Shown: piece after piece, positions 14,301 through 24,575 of the stretch
Layout: each line of letters starts with the position of its first letter
Position numbering within the stretch: the stretch's first letter is position 1
Origin: Tubulanus polymorphus
Taxonomy: Eukaryota; Animalia; Nemertea
Direction: 5' to 3'
DNA: 64,000 bases
NCBI RefSeq assembly: GCF_964204645.1
Contig: NC_134027.1
Span: 23,026,560-23,090,559 of the forward strand
Notes under the pieces: generated by a model
What the model saw: the letters and a program-made list of their open reading frames with translations, nothing else
Database searches by the model: none
What the model was told of the DNA's origin: nothing
Translations under genes and position numbers: made by a program

Positions 14301-14661
14301 CTATTGATAAAATCATATTTCAGACTCTTACGCTGAGGAATCACTGTATGTAAATGTAGCTTTTGGCGGTATGCAAGTCATCATTAAATCACTTCATCGA
14401 TTATCATTAACCCATACCATAAAATTCATCGATAGACATCATTCTAAGCAAACAATTTAGAATCTTCACAAAAGACTTAGATATCGTCGGGTTTTTCAAC
14501 TACTCGTCACCTAAGCTCCGCGGCCGCTTTATCATTTTTTTTGGGATAGTGATAACTATGTGTTTTGTTTGTTTCCTTCATTAGAAGCAGACTCTGTAAC
14601 TGGTGACCAGAACCATTATGAAGAAGTTATTATGGAACTTTTTACTGACTCGAAAAACTAG
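2377..14661 (+). CDS. Gene A: multi-exon Ig-superfamily type I membrane receptor (SP, V, 7 Ig, FN3, FN3-like, TM, Tyr-motif tail; nephrin/sidestep-like)
   Basis: Hand-built GT-AG exons: 2377-2388 (MHGK, least certain), 2726-2777 (signal-like KCLAGIVVSFLMWTGIN), 3695-4039 (V-like), 6184-6459 (Ig a), 7347-7622 (Ig b), 7751-8053 (Ig c), 8229-8504 (b), 8629-8931 (c), 9013-9339 (d), 10095-10367 (e), 10707-11012 (FN3), 11490-11768 (FN3-like), 11983-12121 (TM), tail 12621-12643, 12857-12883, 12962-13009, 13692-13730, 13810-13854, [14205-14243 contains TAA], 14324-14368, 14591-14661 (..NHYEEVIMELFTDSKN*). Ig motifs C...W...DSGxYxC or YxC. Domain exons are all phase 1-1. AATAAA follows near 14685. Confidence 0.85.
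3695..4039 (+). CDS. Gene A exon: N-terminal V-like Ig domain with extra cysteines
   Basis: ttcag acceptor and gtaag donor; VQC...IRITNVRMIDSGMWKC; 6 Cys; homologous to 49033-49383 (-). Confidence 0.85.
4258..6020 (+). mobile_element. Degenerate Penelope-like element (RT + GIY-YIG relic) in the gene A intron after the V exon, with inverted terminal segments
   Basis: Frameshifted fragments match the intact PLE protein in this window (SFSGSHIK, FISLDAVSLFT, PILANLFLEHIE, YIGETG, VNLNKGFSPH). 4258-4395 is an inverted partial copy of about 5900-6020. Confidence 0.85.
4317..4360 (-). ncRNA. Minimal hammerhead ribozyme motif (PLE-type)
   Basis: Minus strand TTAGA-CTGAAGA-A-GGGTGG-tagcaa-CCACCC-GAAA-TATT-TCTAA: CUGANGA and GAAA core, 6-bp stem II, 5-bp stem I, palindromic stem III. 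Confidence 0.75.
10707..11012 (+). CDS. Gene A exon: fibronectin type III domain
   Basis: GPPKTPSNL..SVTLSW...Y...ITGLKPATDYQFKVKSVN FN3 signature, bounded by AG/GT. Confidence 0.9.
11983..12121 (+). CDS. Gene A exon: transmembrane segment
   Basis: VALIGGVVAGVLLVAIIVIVFVFLFV followed by KGRR; 139 nt, the same length as the C/D TM exon. Confidence 0.9.
12857..14368 (+). repeat. Three tandem copies of a two-micro-exon cytoplasmic module in gene A
   Basis: Pairs VYS.. / (Y/H)SYA....N.AF at 12857/12962, 13692/13810 and 14205/14324, with homologous flanking introns. Confidence 0.75.
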
Positions 14662-17600
14662 CACGATGTGCTTGTAACATCGAAAATAAATTATACGACC
14701 CTTCTACTCCGTGGATGGATTCAAAGTTATTTGCAGCGTCATATGTACTTTGAAATGATTCCTGAAGAAACAATGTTACGATTTCGTTTTGTTTTCGCTT
14801 TCTCGTCGAACAAACACAAAATATACGTAAATTGATAAACAAGTTGAACGGGTGCAATTAGAAATAGGTCTAGTTGTTGATGCCGTTAGACTATGCAACA
14901 AGTTCGAATTCCTACGAGTGACGGTCTATTCTGAAAAATCTGTCGAAAGTAACTGTAATTTCTGCTTGTTTCCTCATTCACACTTATTCATTACCTACGT
15001 AAATTACCATTTCATTGTAACGGAATATAATGAATTATTTGATAAATGTGAATGTATTGTTAGAATAAGAAATAAAAACAGATCTTGCTGTGAGTGGTAT
15101 ATTTCCCCAGACCTTTCGAAAGCGTTCGACATTCCAAATCATGACATTATATGTCATGATTTGGAATATCATTATATGAAGGTTTCCTAGGGATAGTAAA
15201 CGATTGGTATTCTTCTCATCTTCCCAATCAACAACAAAATACGTCTCACACAAATGCTCCATTTCTTCCACACTATCCGCTAAGATCTGAGTATGCCGTG
15301 GTTTCTATCCTAGGTCCACTTCTTTTTCTTATTCACATGCATTATATTTATTCTTCTACGGAAAAGCTTAAGTACATACTATTCGCTGTTGATACGCCAC
15401 TGCATTAGTTCACATATACATCTCTGTACAAACATACATACATAATGATTTAGATTTGACGATGATGACTGCAGTCTCTAAAATAAAAAAAAAGCGCCTA
15501 CAAATATCTTATCGTGCACGAAGTCATAGTGAAATATTTTTGAAACCCCCATTTCAGCCATCCATCATACTTTATACTTTTTGTTATCATTGGATCATTT
15601 ATGTTAATCATATGATCATTTATGTTTACATTGGGCTTCACCTTACTTGATCTAATGCCGATCAGTTTCTGTATGAGATTTTTTAACAAAATATAATAAG
15701 AATTTATTCAAACTACAACGTAAGTCTCATTTTATGCAATTTCTGAAGAATCTCTATCTCGAGTCATTTGTGGGTTCATTGACAATTCACAATGGCTTAG
15801 GTTATCTCAGGTGGTACAACACCGTGTGAAGTACGAAAGGCAGATTTCCAGGGCAAACTTCGGCTTTCGTAGCTAGTGGTTGGAAGAAATAACCGAACGC
15901 ACTATGTTTGGTCGTAAGGCATTTCGCTGCGTCGTCCATCTTGGAAATAGACACGAACTACAGCGACCGTGCCCAATCTCGTGGTCGACCGTTTTCGGTT
16001 CATAGTTCGGACAAACTGACATTCGGTTTCACTTAGTTCGACTATAGTCAAATAACTCCCATAACGAAGTTCGCCCAGTGTGCTGATAAAAATATCTAAT
16101 GCCTTGCATCATTCACAACCAATGATGTCTTGGGTGTCGAAGTTCTGATTACAACGAAAAATGGCGATTAAGTGTCGAATGATGGTTCGATTAAAGATAT
16201 TTTAGGTCAAGTTCCGCAGTTCACGAAATGGCCGAATGGTGGCAGCAGATGTAGAAATGAATACATGTCGTTCAAACATTAATTTTTGAATGTCTCAGGT
16301 ATGAATTGAAACTCGCTCTGTCTATAGCTGTAAAAACCGAGCACCTCAGTTTCATATTCTACTTCCTGGTTGGAATTTCTACGAACACATATTGAGATAT
16401 TCACGCAAAAAAGTGTGAAAACAGTGTTATAAGTAGTTTCTTGTAAGCGATCTCTTTTCTTCTAGAAAGTAAATTCGGCCACTGTATTTATTCTCGCCTC
16501 TGCGTCCTATCTGTTGAAAGGCCTTTTAAGTCTTAGGGATGCTTATCGAACATGTAATTCGTTATAATTTTGAGTACTAAGTACAGAAGAAACAGTCATT
16601 TCCTACTTATACGACGAGCGTTGAGCCGCCTAAACAGAACGAAATATAAGCCGCGGACTCAGGTTTACACGTATACGCTCAACCTTCTTCAATGTCATGC
16701 GACTATTCCCCCTCTTGTTTGCTATGATCATGTTCATATTCTTGTTAAATAGGAGCAATACTTCCTCGTCTCTATTGCGTCGCATATTACTGGAGATCGG
16801 GATTTGGCAGTAGCAACGAAAGAAGAAAACATTCCACTCGCTCATCTGACTCGTGACTGGAAAAACGTTGATGAATGATTCCAAGGTTTTTGTTTGGAAA
16901 TTAATCCGATTTTTGAACACATTTTTATCGAATTTGGGGAATTCTTTAGTTTTCTTCATTTAAGATCTACCAATCAATGTAACATTACAAGGACCGACGT
17001 CACCCGTACAGGAATCCACATCTTTTGACTTAACGTGTACAGCTACAGGGGGCAACCCGGTACCGAACCTCGCCATAACTAGAATACCAGGGGGCAGCAC
17101 TGTGAAACAGGGAGTTAGTCCTCTAACATATTCAACATCCGTCACTAAAACAGATAACCATGCAGAATATCAATGTACAGCTACTGGGGCTGGTATACCA
17201 ACACCAATGATTTCTAATCAAGTTAAATTATTTGTTTACTGTAAGTACTACACATATTTCTCAATCTACTCCATTTCTAAATGAATGTTGCACAATAAAG
17301 AATATCAGGGTTGATAAAGATGCCGTACATGCAATGTTCCCAATCATTTTTTCCATTTTCCACAGATGCACCAAAGCTCTCGGAAAAACTCAAACCCGTC
17401 GTAGATTTACGATAAACTACGACGCGAATCCGCGAGCAACAACTTTGAATTGCAGCCACACGTTTGAATACAGGGCTACTCCGGCAACCATGTTCTGGAT
17501 CGTAACTGTAAAATCAGTTCAGGCGTCTGATTACGGATCTCATTTGTGTCAACTGAAGCGTAGAAATTACATTGAATATCCTAGAAATTGGTAAGTGCTG

Positions 17601-18757
17601 CATCGTGCGGAACTTTATTCCAGAAACGAAGCTTCATTACGGTTGCTGCAGTCCACATGTGGAAAAATCCCTAGAAATTCTAATGAAAACTGCTTTAGAT
17701 TCTATAGTCTCATTATTGTTCATTTGTCATCAATTGCAAAATACAACTTTTGCAACCTTCATCTTGGTCATTTTGTTCATTGTAGGGCTTCGAAATCTGA
17801 CAATCGTCGCAAAAACGGCCGTATCTGTGACTCTGAGTTGGATATCGGAATTTGCGGGTGGCTCCATAAAAACATTCACAGTCACTCACAAGGCATTGGA
17901 ATCTACAAAGTCCGCGGATAAAACTGGAATACCCGATCCTGGTTATGGGAAAATGGTGCAAACGAATTAATAACCGGATTGAAACCAGCAACTGCTTATC
18001 AGTTCAAAGTGATAAGTGTCAACTTAAATCCTGGTGATAAAACGAGGCCATTTACTGATATAGTTACAACTCGAACAAATGGTAAGTGTGAATCATGTAG
18101 AGATTTCGAATAGAACCATACAGGTCTCTTCCCCTATATTCACTGCGCATTGATTCATGGTCCATTCCTCCTTTCGGTGTAATGAACTAAATACCGGTTT
18201 CTTGAATACTGTTGCGTATATTTCTCATCACTAAACTTCGAGAATGTTTCATACGTTTCTACTATCGGTTCTTGTTTTATAAGTTTTCCCGACAGGCGTC
18301 ACCTCTACGCATGCGTATAACCCAACGGTCAACTTAGCCAAATTCATCGGCTTAGATGTATATAGATCCCTCCAATAGTATATATAGTATTGTAAATAGT
18401 TGATGTATATATATATTTTGTTACGTTTTCATTCTCTAAATTTTAATCACTTCAGTGTTGTTTTGTAAATATTTGTATATAAATGTGTAATAGTTTTCCT
18501 CCATATACCATGGAAATGGTTGGAGTGTAAATAAATCGTAATCGTGATATTGTATCGTGTATGAGTTACACGTTCCGTTCAGCCTTTCAAAGTCTGAATC
18601 GACAGAACTTTAGGGTAGATATCAGATCCTAAAACCGACTTGTTGCGCGTGCGCAGTGACTGGCATTGACTTCGAAAACTTGTAAAATAGAAGTTCGTGA
18701 CCACGGTATATTCGTGACCACGGGACTTCTGATAACAGCACTACTGGTTGAATTATC

Positions 18758-19178
18758 ATAACAAGAGAAATCCCACAATAAGTTCAGCCAAAACGAGAAA
18801 CTTGAATAGAAGAGTTATATATATTTGCGCAACGTTTCGGCTAAAGACTATTAGCCATCATCAGGCGTACTGAGTACAGGAGAATATTACAAGATATTTA
18901 TACAAGACCAAAACAATAGAAGCAGAGTGAGTGATTAAAATATTGAAAGGGGAATAGATTAAAGTAATGACATAACAACTAGAAAACAATGCTAAAGTAA
19001 GCAAGGCAAACTAGGGGCAATGTAGATTAAAGTAATTAATAAACAAAGACACAAGCTAAAGTGATTAAAACGGGAGGACAAGCTAAGGGGTAATCAAATA
19101 AAACAAAGAGAAGGAACATGAAAGGCGATAATCAGTGAGTGAGTGGAAACAAGCAAACTATGATAAAGGCAAAACAAT
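18758..19178 (-). repeat. PLE pseudo-LTR (3' copy), 421 bp
   Basis: Appears identical by eye to 21615-22035. Confidence 0.92.
18826..18869 (-). ncRNA. Minimal hammerhead ribozyme in PLE pLTR
   Basis: CGC-CTGATGA-T-GGCTAA-tagtct-TTAGCC-GAAACGTT-GCG on the minus strand. Confidence 0.8.
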
Positions 19179-19186
19179 GGAGGGAA

Positions 19187-21577
19187 TTAGTATAACGGGG
19201 GTACAAGAGAAGCGAGAAATTTGGAGATCAAAATGTTGTGGGGGGAAAAACCGTTATTCAAATTAACACAATTTTCCAAGTTTTCAATAATCAGGGCCGA
19301 TTCCATAATGTGTCGTTTAATCTTTTCTGAACAGGGGAAAATCATGGAGGCATTTTCAAAATCAAAATTGTGGCTGGTTTCGTATACGTGATTAGCAACA
19401 CCGCTTTCAGGCTTAAAATTCTTTACATCATTCTTATGTTCACGAATGCGCTTGTGTAAATCGCGTCCGGTTTCGCCGATATATATTTTGTTACAAACTT
19501 TACAGGGAATTTTATATACACCAATGTTCAGGGGTTCAATTTTGGGGGAGTTATGAGTAAGATTACGACTAAGTTTGTTGTTATAAGTAAAAATGAGTTG
19601 TTTGTTTAAGAGATGGAGGGGAGTTTTAGATTTTTCCAGAAAAGGAACAAAAGGTACAATAATAGGCTGTTTACGCGCGCGGGTCCCTTGAGAGTGACTG
19701 AAATGTGAACGACGGGCTCTCAAGAGAGCTTTATTCAAAATGTCGTCGGGGTAAGCTAATTTATTAAGAGAGGTCTTGATCTGGGTTAGTTCATCATCCA
19801 AGAAAAGGGGGTCACAAATCCTTAATGCGCGAAGGAATAAGCTTTGGGCAACACTAAGTTTAATGTTATGAGCGGTGAAGGAGAAATAATGTAGGTATGT
19901 TCCAGAGTGGGTAGGTTTCCTATAAACCGAGAATTTTAGACAAGACAAACAATTGTGTATACAAACATCAAGGAAAGGGATTTTCCCATCAACTTCCAAT
20001 TCAAATGTGAAGTTCAAGGAGGGATAAAAAGAGTTAATAAATGTGAGAAATTGATCAATATCAAAGTCAAAAGGTATAAGGGCAAGAATATCATCAACGT
20101 ATCGTAACCAAAGTTTAGGGAGAGTATCTGTGTAAAGAGGTAGTAATTCGGTTTCAACGTGTTCCAGGAAAAGATTTGCTAGAATGGGACTAAGCGGGTT
20201 CCCCATAGCCATGCCAAAAACCTGTTCGAAATATGAATTGTTGAAACTAAAAAAGGAGTTCTGGGTGCAAAGTTCAATTAATTCGATAATACAATCAGTA
20301 GGAATGTCAAAATTGAAATCCAACGAAGGAAGTTTCCGTTTAAGAAAATCAAGGGTAGGCCTAAGAGGAACATTGGTAAAAAGAGAACTAGCATCAAACG
20401 AAATGAATCTATCGTTACCAGGAATAATGTTTTTTAACCGTTCTAATAAATCTTGGTTGTGTCGTAAATGCGAGGCGGAGAAAGAACCAAGAGCCGGTGA
20501 TAATTGTTTAGCCAGAAATTTGGATAAACGATAAGAGGGCGAATTACAATTGGATACAATGGGGCGCAGCGGAACATCTTTCTTATGGATTTTGGGGAGC
20601 CCATAGATATAAGGTAGGGAGGGTAGACGTGATTGAAATTTCGAAAGAATATCTTTAGAGTCCGGAAACCGTTGGATAATACCAGACAGATTCTTATTGA
20701 ATGAAGCTTGCATACGTGAGAGAGGGTTGGATTTCAATGGTTTATAAACATTAGAGTCACCAAGAAGGGAGAACATTTTTTGATTATAATCACAGATATC
20801 TAAGAGAACAATTTTGCCACCTTTATCAGCTTTTGAAATACGAACAGAGTCTAGTTTTCTGAGTTCAGAGAGGGCAATCCTGAAACGACGAGGTAAAAAT
20901 TCTGAGTAATTATAACGGAGGTTATCACAAATAGTTTGTAAGTTCATAAACATAAAATTGTATTCAAAATTCGAGGAAGATGTCTTACGCTGTTCTAATT
21001 CCGACATAAAATCCAGGATGTTCGTCTTGCGGTGAGGTAAAGAAAAGTTCAAACCGAAGCCAAGGAGTTGAAGTTGATACAACGTGAGCGAAACGGAGGA
21101 GAGATTCACAATAATGTCCGTGTTGCTAAACTTAGTCCAAGGACTAAGAATAATGAGCTGTTGAAGTTTCGAATTAAGTTTACAAGAATTGTCAGAAAAA
21201 TGACGGTTACCGGAGTCCATAACGATAGAGCTGAGTAAGTTGAAGAGATGCGGGTCCGGAAGTTGAGATCTGAGGTAATTGTGCGCTTGCCGAGATCTGA
21301 AGAATTGATAATCGCAATCATCTTTAGCTTTGCCGATCGCTGATCTTAGATGAGAATTTGCTTGCTTCGGAAATGGTGAATGCGAATCGAATTTCTTGAT
21401 CCAGTTCATGGAGCGAGGAATCACCTTTTCGCTGAGGCAGTCTTGCAGAAATTTCACTTTGGTTTTTGCTGTTTTCGCTTGGATGTACCGCTTTTCATAA
21501 GTCCGAAAGCAAGAGATGAGATGTGGAAAGGTTATAAAGAAGAATTGAAGAACGATTTTTCGATCCGTGGGAAGCAT
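19187..21577 (-). CDS. Penelope-like element ORF: reverse transcriptase + GIY-YIG endonuclease (796 aa, intact; Penelope/Poseidon-like)
   Basis: KADKGG, YGLPKIHK..PLRPIVS, SFDASSLFTNVP, GMAMGNPLSP, WLRYVDD, SVYRKPT, GVYKIPC..C...YIGETGR....RI.EH, H....H, E..LI...NLNNG. Confidence 0.97.
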   Translation of the reverse strand: MLPTDRKIVLQFFFITFPHLISCFRTYEKRYIQAKTAKTKVKFLQDCLSEKVIPRSMNWIKKFDSHSPFPKQANSHLRSAIGKAKDDCDYQFFRSRQAHNYLRSQLPDPHLFNLLSSIVMDSGNRHFSDNSCKLNSKLQQLIILSPWTKFSNTDIIVNLSSVSLTLYQLQLLGFGLNFSLPHRKTNILDFMSELEQRKTSSSNFEYNFMFMNLQTICDNLRYNYSEFLPRRFRIALSELRKLDSVRISKADKGGKIVLLDICDYNQKMFSLLGDSNVYKPLKSNPLSRMQASFNKNLSGIIQRFPDSKDILSKFQSRLPSLPYIYGLPKIHKKDVPLRPIVSNCNSPSYRLSKFLAKQLSPALGSFSASHLRHNQDLLERLKNIIPGNDRFISFDASSLFTNVPLRPTLDFLKRKLPSLDFNFDIPTDCIIELIELCTQNSFFSFNNSYFEQVFGMAMGNPLSPILANLFLEHVETELLPLYTDTLPKLWLRYVDDILALIPFDFDIDQFLTFINSFYPSLNFTFELEVDGKIPFLDVCIHNCLSCLKFSVYRKPTHSGTYLHYFSFTAHNIKLSVAQSLFLRALRICDPLFLDDELTQIKTSLNKLAYPDDILNKALLRARRSHFSHSQGTRARKQPIIVPFVPFLEKSKTPLHLLNKQLIFTYNNKLSRNLTHNSPKIEPLNIGVYKIPCKVCNKIYIGETGRDLHKRIREHKNDVKNFKPESGVANHVYETSHNFDFENASMIFPCSEKIKRHIMESALIIENLENCVNLNNGFSPHNILISKFLASLVPPLY

Positions 21578-21614
21578 GATGAGACGAGAAGATACACAAT
21601 ATCCGTGTAAGAAG

Positions 21615-22035
21615 ATAACAAGAGAAATCCCACAATAAGTTCAGCCAAAACGAGAAACTTGAATAGAAGAGTTATATATATTTGCGCAACGTTTCGGCTA
21701 AAGACTATTAGCCATCATCAGGCGTACTGAGTACAGGAGAATATTACAAGATATTTATACAAGACCAAAACAATAGAAGCAGAGTGAGTGATTAAAATAT
21801 TGAAAGGGGAATAGATTAAAGTAATGACATAACAACTAGAAAACAATGCTAAAGTAAGCAAGGCAAACTAGGGGCAATGTAGATTAAAGTAATTAATAAA
21901 CAAAGACACAAGCTAAAGTGATTAAAACGGGAGGACAAGCTAAGGGGTAATCAAATAAAACAAAGAGAAGGAACATGAAAGGCGATAATCAGTGAGTGAG
22001 TGGAAACAAGCAAACTATGATAAAGGCAAAACAAT
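21615..22035 (-). repeat. PLE pseudo-LTR (5' copy), 421 bp
   Basis: Direct repeat of 18758-19178, immediately upstream of the ORF. Confidence 0.92.
21683..21726 (-). ncRNA. Minimal hammerhead ribozyme in PLE pLTR (second copy)
   Basis: Identical to 18826-18869. Confidence 0.8.
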
Positions 22036-22490
22036 ATTATTTATATTTTCGTGGTGTCCTGTGTGGGAGAACGCACTTGGCACGCAGCAAAGTTCGGGTA
22101 AAAACCTCAACTTGGTTGTAAAAATTGTTTAAACTGCGCGTAGGTGCTGTAGATTAGGTATTTTTACTGTTGCTCTACGTAATTTGGTGAAAGGTGATTT
22201 CTCCTTATCCTAAGATCGAAGATCGTATCAACAGGTTTCGCGACAAGAACATTCCCTGGGTCTAGTTAGGCAGTTTCGTAAGTCCTTCCTTTGATCCAGT
22301 TCATCTTCATTTCATATCATTTTCATCCCATCACGACACATTTCCACAACTAAACACCCAGTCTTAGGTCAGAGAGATCAGAGTTGCACGTCCTGAGGAG
22401 CTAACTGAGTCCTCCCAGGGCATACTTTGACGGTCACACAATAGAGGCTTGCTCTCTTTTAAATAGGTTTAGGTTAGGTTTAGGACTAAA
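22036..22490 (+). mobile_element. Decayed 3' fragment of a second LINE
   Basis: Broken frames read CPVWENA (resembling the Y-x-x-P-V-W motif after the LINE RT) and YPKIEDRINRF, followed by UTR-like sequence. Confidence 0.45.
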
Positions 22491-22977
22491 ACCACACATA
22501 TCATTCCATATATTACACACATTATTATTCATATTACTATCCGTATATACTGCAAGTTATCGTCGTAACAGTATACAGTATACGTTAGAGAATTAGTTCG
22601 GAATACAAATAGTCTTTCGTCTAGATTACGTGCGTTGCGGAAATTCGAGTACGCACACACGTATACATTATCCATACGTATTTCGTCGATTCAAAATTCG
22701 TCACGCTCCGTTACATTTTCTTTTGTTCGTAGCCATAGTTACAACAAAGCGCACTGGTCTTGACTCGTCACGCTCTATTGCGTTACTATTATCTACTTTC
22801 TATCGAGCTGACACGACACCGAGATTCGTTCTAATCCGGCAAGCTCTGCCAAATTCGTCATCGGTTACTCTGAAAAGATTGAAACCGTACAACCTGTAGT
22901 TCTATATAAACACGAACATATATTTACATTTATATATACCCGTTAAATTATTTACCCTTTTCAATCTGCGTTTGAAT

Positions 22978-24504
22978 ATGTCTGTTTTACGATCACCTCC
23001 AGCCGGACGTGATCCGGAACCATCGACCTCGTCGCCGGTGGTCCTTGAAAAATCCAGCAAGCGAATATCTCCTAGTGAACATTTCGTTGAATTCGTTCGA
23101 GAAAAACTCTCTAGAACACCTACAAAAAGACAAGATGCATTAGCGTCTCCGATTCTAAGAGAACCATCCACTACATACGCCGAGGTCGTTGCAGTAACCC
23201 CGGCAGTGAACACAAACATAGAAAATACAATCGTACCAGTAAAAGTTAACGCAGAACCGACTTCGAAAAAACGGCCAGCGTGCGAGTCACCGTCGGACGA
23301 CGGACAGAGACGAAGTAAGGTTCGGTCGACGGATGACGGTATTTGTCGCCCGATTATTGTAACCAGAGTAGCTAAATATATGAGCGAACCAGTATTCATC
23401 AGAACCTTAGTCAAAGAAATTCCAAACGTTAAAATCAAGTCTATCAAACGTCTCATGTCCGGCGATTACCGAGTTAATCCGGAAACGTACCGCGATATGA
23501 AACTGATCCTAAATTCTCAAAATACCACTTTCGAAAAATATGATATATCTTTTTACAAGCTCGAAAAACAAATAGATTACATCGTCGTTATTAACAATGT
23601 CGCTGAGTACAGCGAAAGAGACATAGATATCGCTCTTAAAGACCACCAAATCACTCCAAAATACACGACAAAAATGAAATCGGCAGCAACGAACAGAACA
23701 ACAGATAAGATTAAAGTCGCTCTATCAGAAAAAACAGACTACGATTTTCTGTTAAGCAATGGACTCGAGATTTTCGCCGGTGTGAGGAAGAAATGCGTAG
23801 CTTATAGACGCAGCCCAACACTACTCCAATGTAGGAAATGCCAGATGTTTGGGCATAATCAATATAACTGCACAGAAGACAAAGCAATTTGCGCGAAGTG
23901 CGCCCACTTTCACCAAACCTATGAGTGTAAAATAAAAGAAAATTACGTTTGTTCGAACTGCGGTGGAGAACACCGCAGTTTCGACAAAGCCTGCACATTT
24001 GTGCAGGAAGAAATTAAAAAGAAACAACGAGAGAGATCTAGGTCGAGGTCGAGGTCGAAATCCAACTCTAGACCGATTGAAACAAAAGAGCGTAGGAAAC
24101 CGATACCAACACCACGAAAGAAAAAAACAGTATCTGAGAAAAAACAATCTGTATCCGAAAAACCCTTTTCATCGGAACAAAATAAAAACCAAAGACCTAT
24201 ACCGAAACGTAGAAGTTCACTAGATAAACCGAAAGAAAGCCCTCCACCGAATAATATCATTATACTAAACGAAACATCATTTCTATCGCTAATTGCAGAC
24301 ATAATTTACAGAGTACGTATGAACAAAGAAAATAGCCTATCCGACATCTGTGCGAGGATAAGCGAAAGCACATTAGATCATACTAACTTAAAAATCAGCG
24401 GTAAAGATATATACGAACATACAGTCGGGAAAAACTCACACCGGCTGAGTAAGATAAAAATAACGAGACCGTTATCTGCTAGCGACACAAATCTAGCTAA
24501 ATAA
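22978..24504 (+). CDS. LINE ORF1, gag-like nucleic-acid-binding protein
   Basis: CRKCQMFGHNQYNC, CAKCAHFHQTYEC and CSNCGGEHRSFDKAC triple knuckle, followed by a basic RS-rich region; first ATG at 22978. Confidence 0.93.
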   Translation: MSVLRSPPAGRDPEPSTSSPVVLEKSSKRISPSEHFVEFVREKLSRTPTKRQDALASPILREPSTTYAEVVAVTPAVNTNIENTIVPVKVNAEPTSKKRPACESPSDDGQRRSKVRSTDDGICRPIIVTRVAKYMSEPVFIRTLVKEIPNVKIKSIKRLMSGDYRVNPETYRDMKLILNSQNTTFEKYDISFYKLEKQIDYIVVINNVAEYSERDIDIALKDHQITPKYTTKMKSAATNRTTDKIKVALSEKTDYDFLLSNGLEIFAGVRKKCVAYRRSPTLLQCRKCQMFGHNQYNCTEDKAICAKCAHFHQTYECKIKENYVCSNCGGEHRSFDKACTFVQEEIKKKQRERSRSRSRSKSNSRPIETKERRKPIPTPRKKKTVSEKKQSVSEKPFSSEQNKNQRPIPKRRSSLDKPKESPPPNNIIILNETSFLSLIADIIYRVRMNKENSLSDICARISESTLDHTNLKISGKDIYEHTVGKNSHRLSKIKITRPLSASDTNLAK

Positions 24505-24575
24505 AATCGTAAGCGATGTACTGATTTTAATCTAACACATTAACTTTCTTTTAGACAATTATCTAACTTTTCCTC

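Noticed and set aside
16698-16812. Hydrophobic short frame MRLFPLLFAMIMFIFLL as a signal exon for gene B
   Set aside because: No suitable phase-1 donor links it to 16965 and it has no homology to the A or C leader exons.
14852-16959. Several 60-112 aa ORFs between genes A and B, and similar ones at 30344-33257 and 50868-55213
   Set aside because: No domain motifs, splice-consistent structure or conserved frames between duplicated copies; expected by chance.
22464-22485. TTAGG/TTTAGG telomere-like run
   Set aside because: Only about four irregular units; too short to support telomere targeting.
22902-24302. Minus-strand ORFs of 95-184 aa overlapping LINE ORF1, and the plus-strand ORF 20184-20534 over the PLE ORF
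   Set aside because: Antisense shadows of real ORFs with no recognisable motifs.
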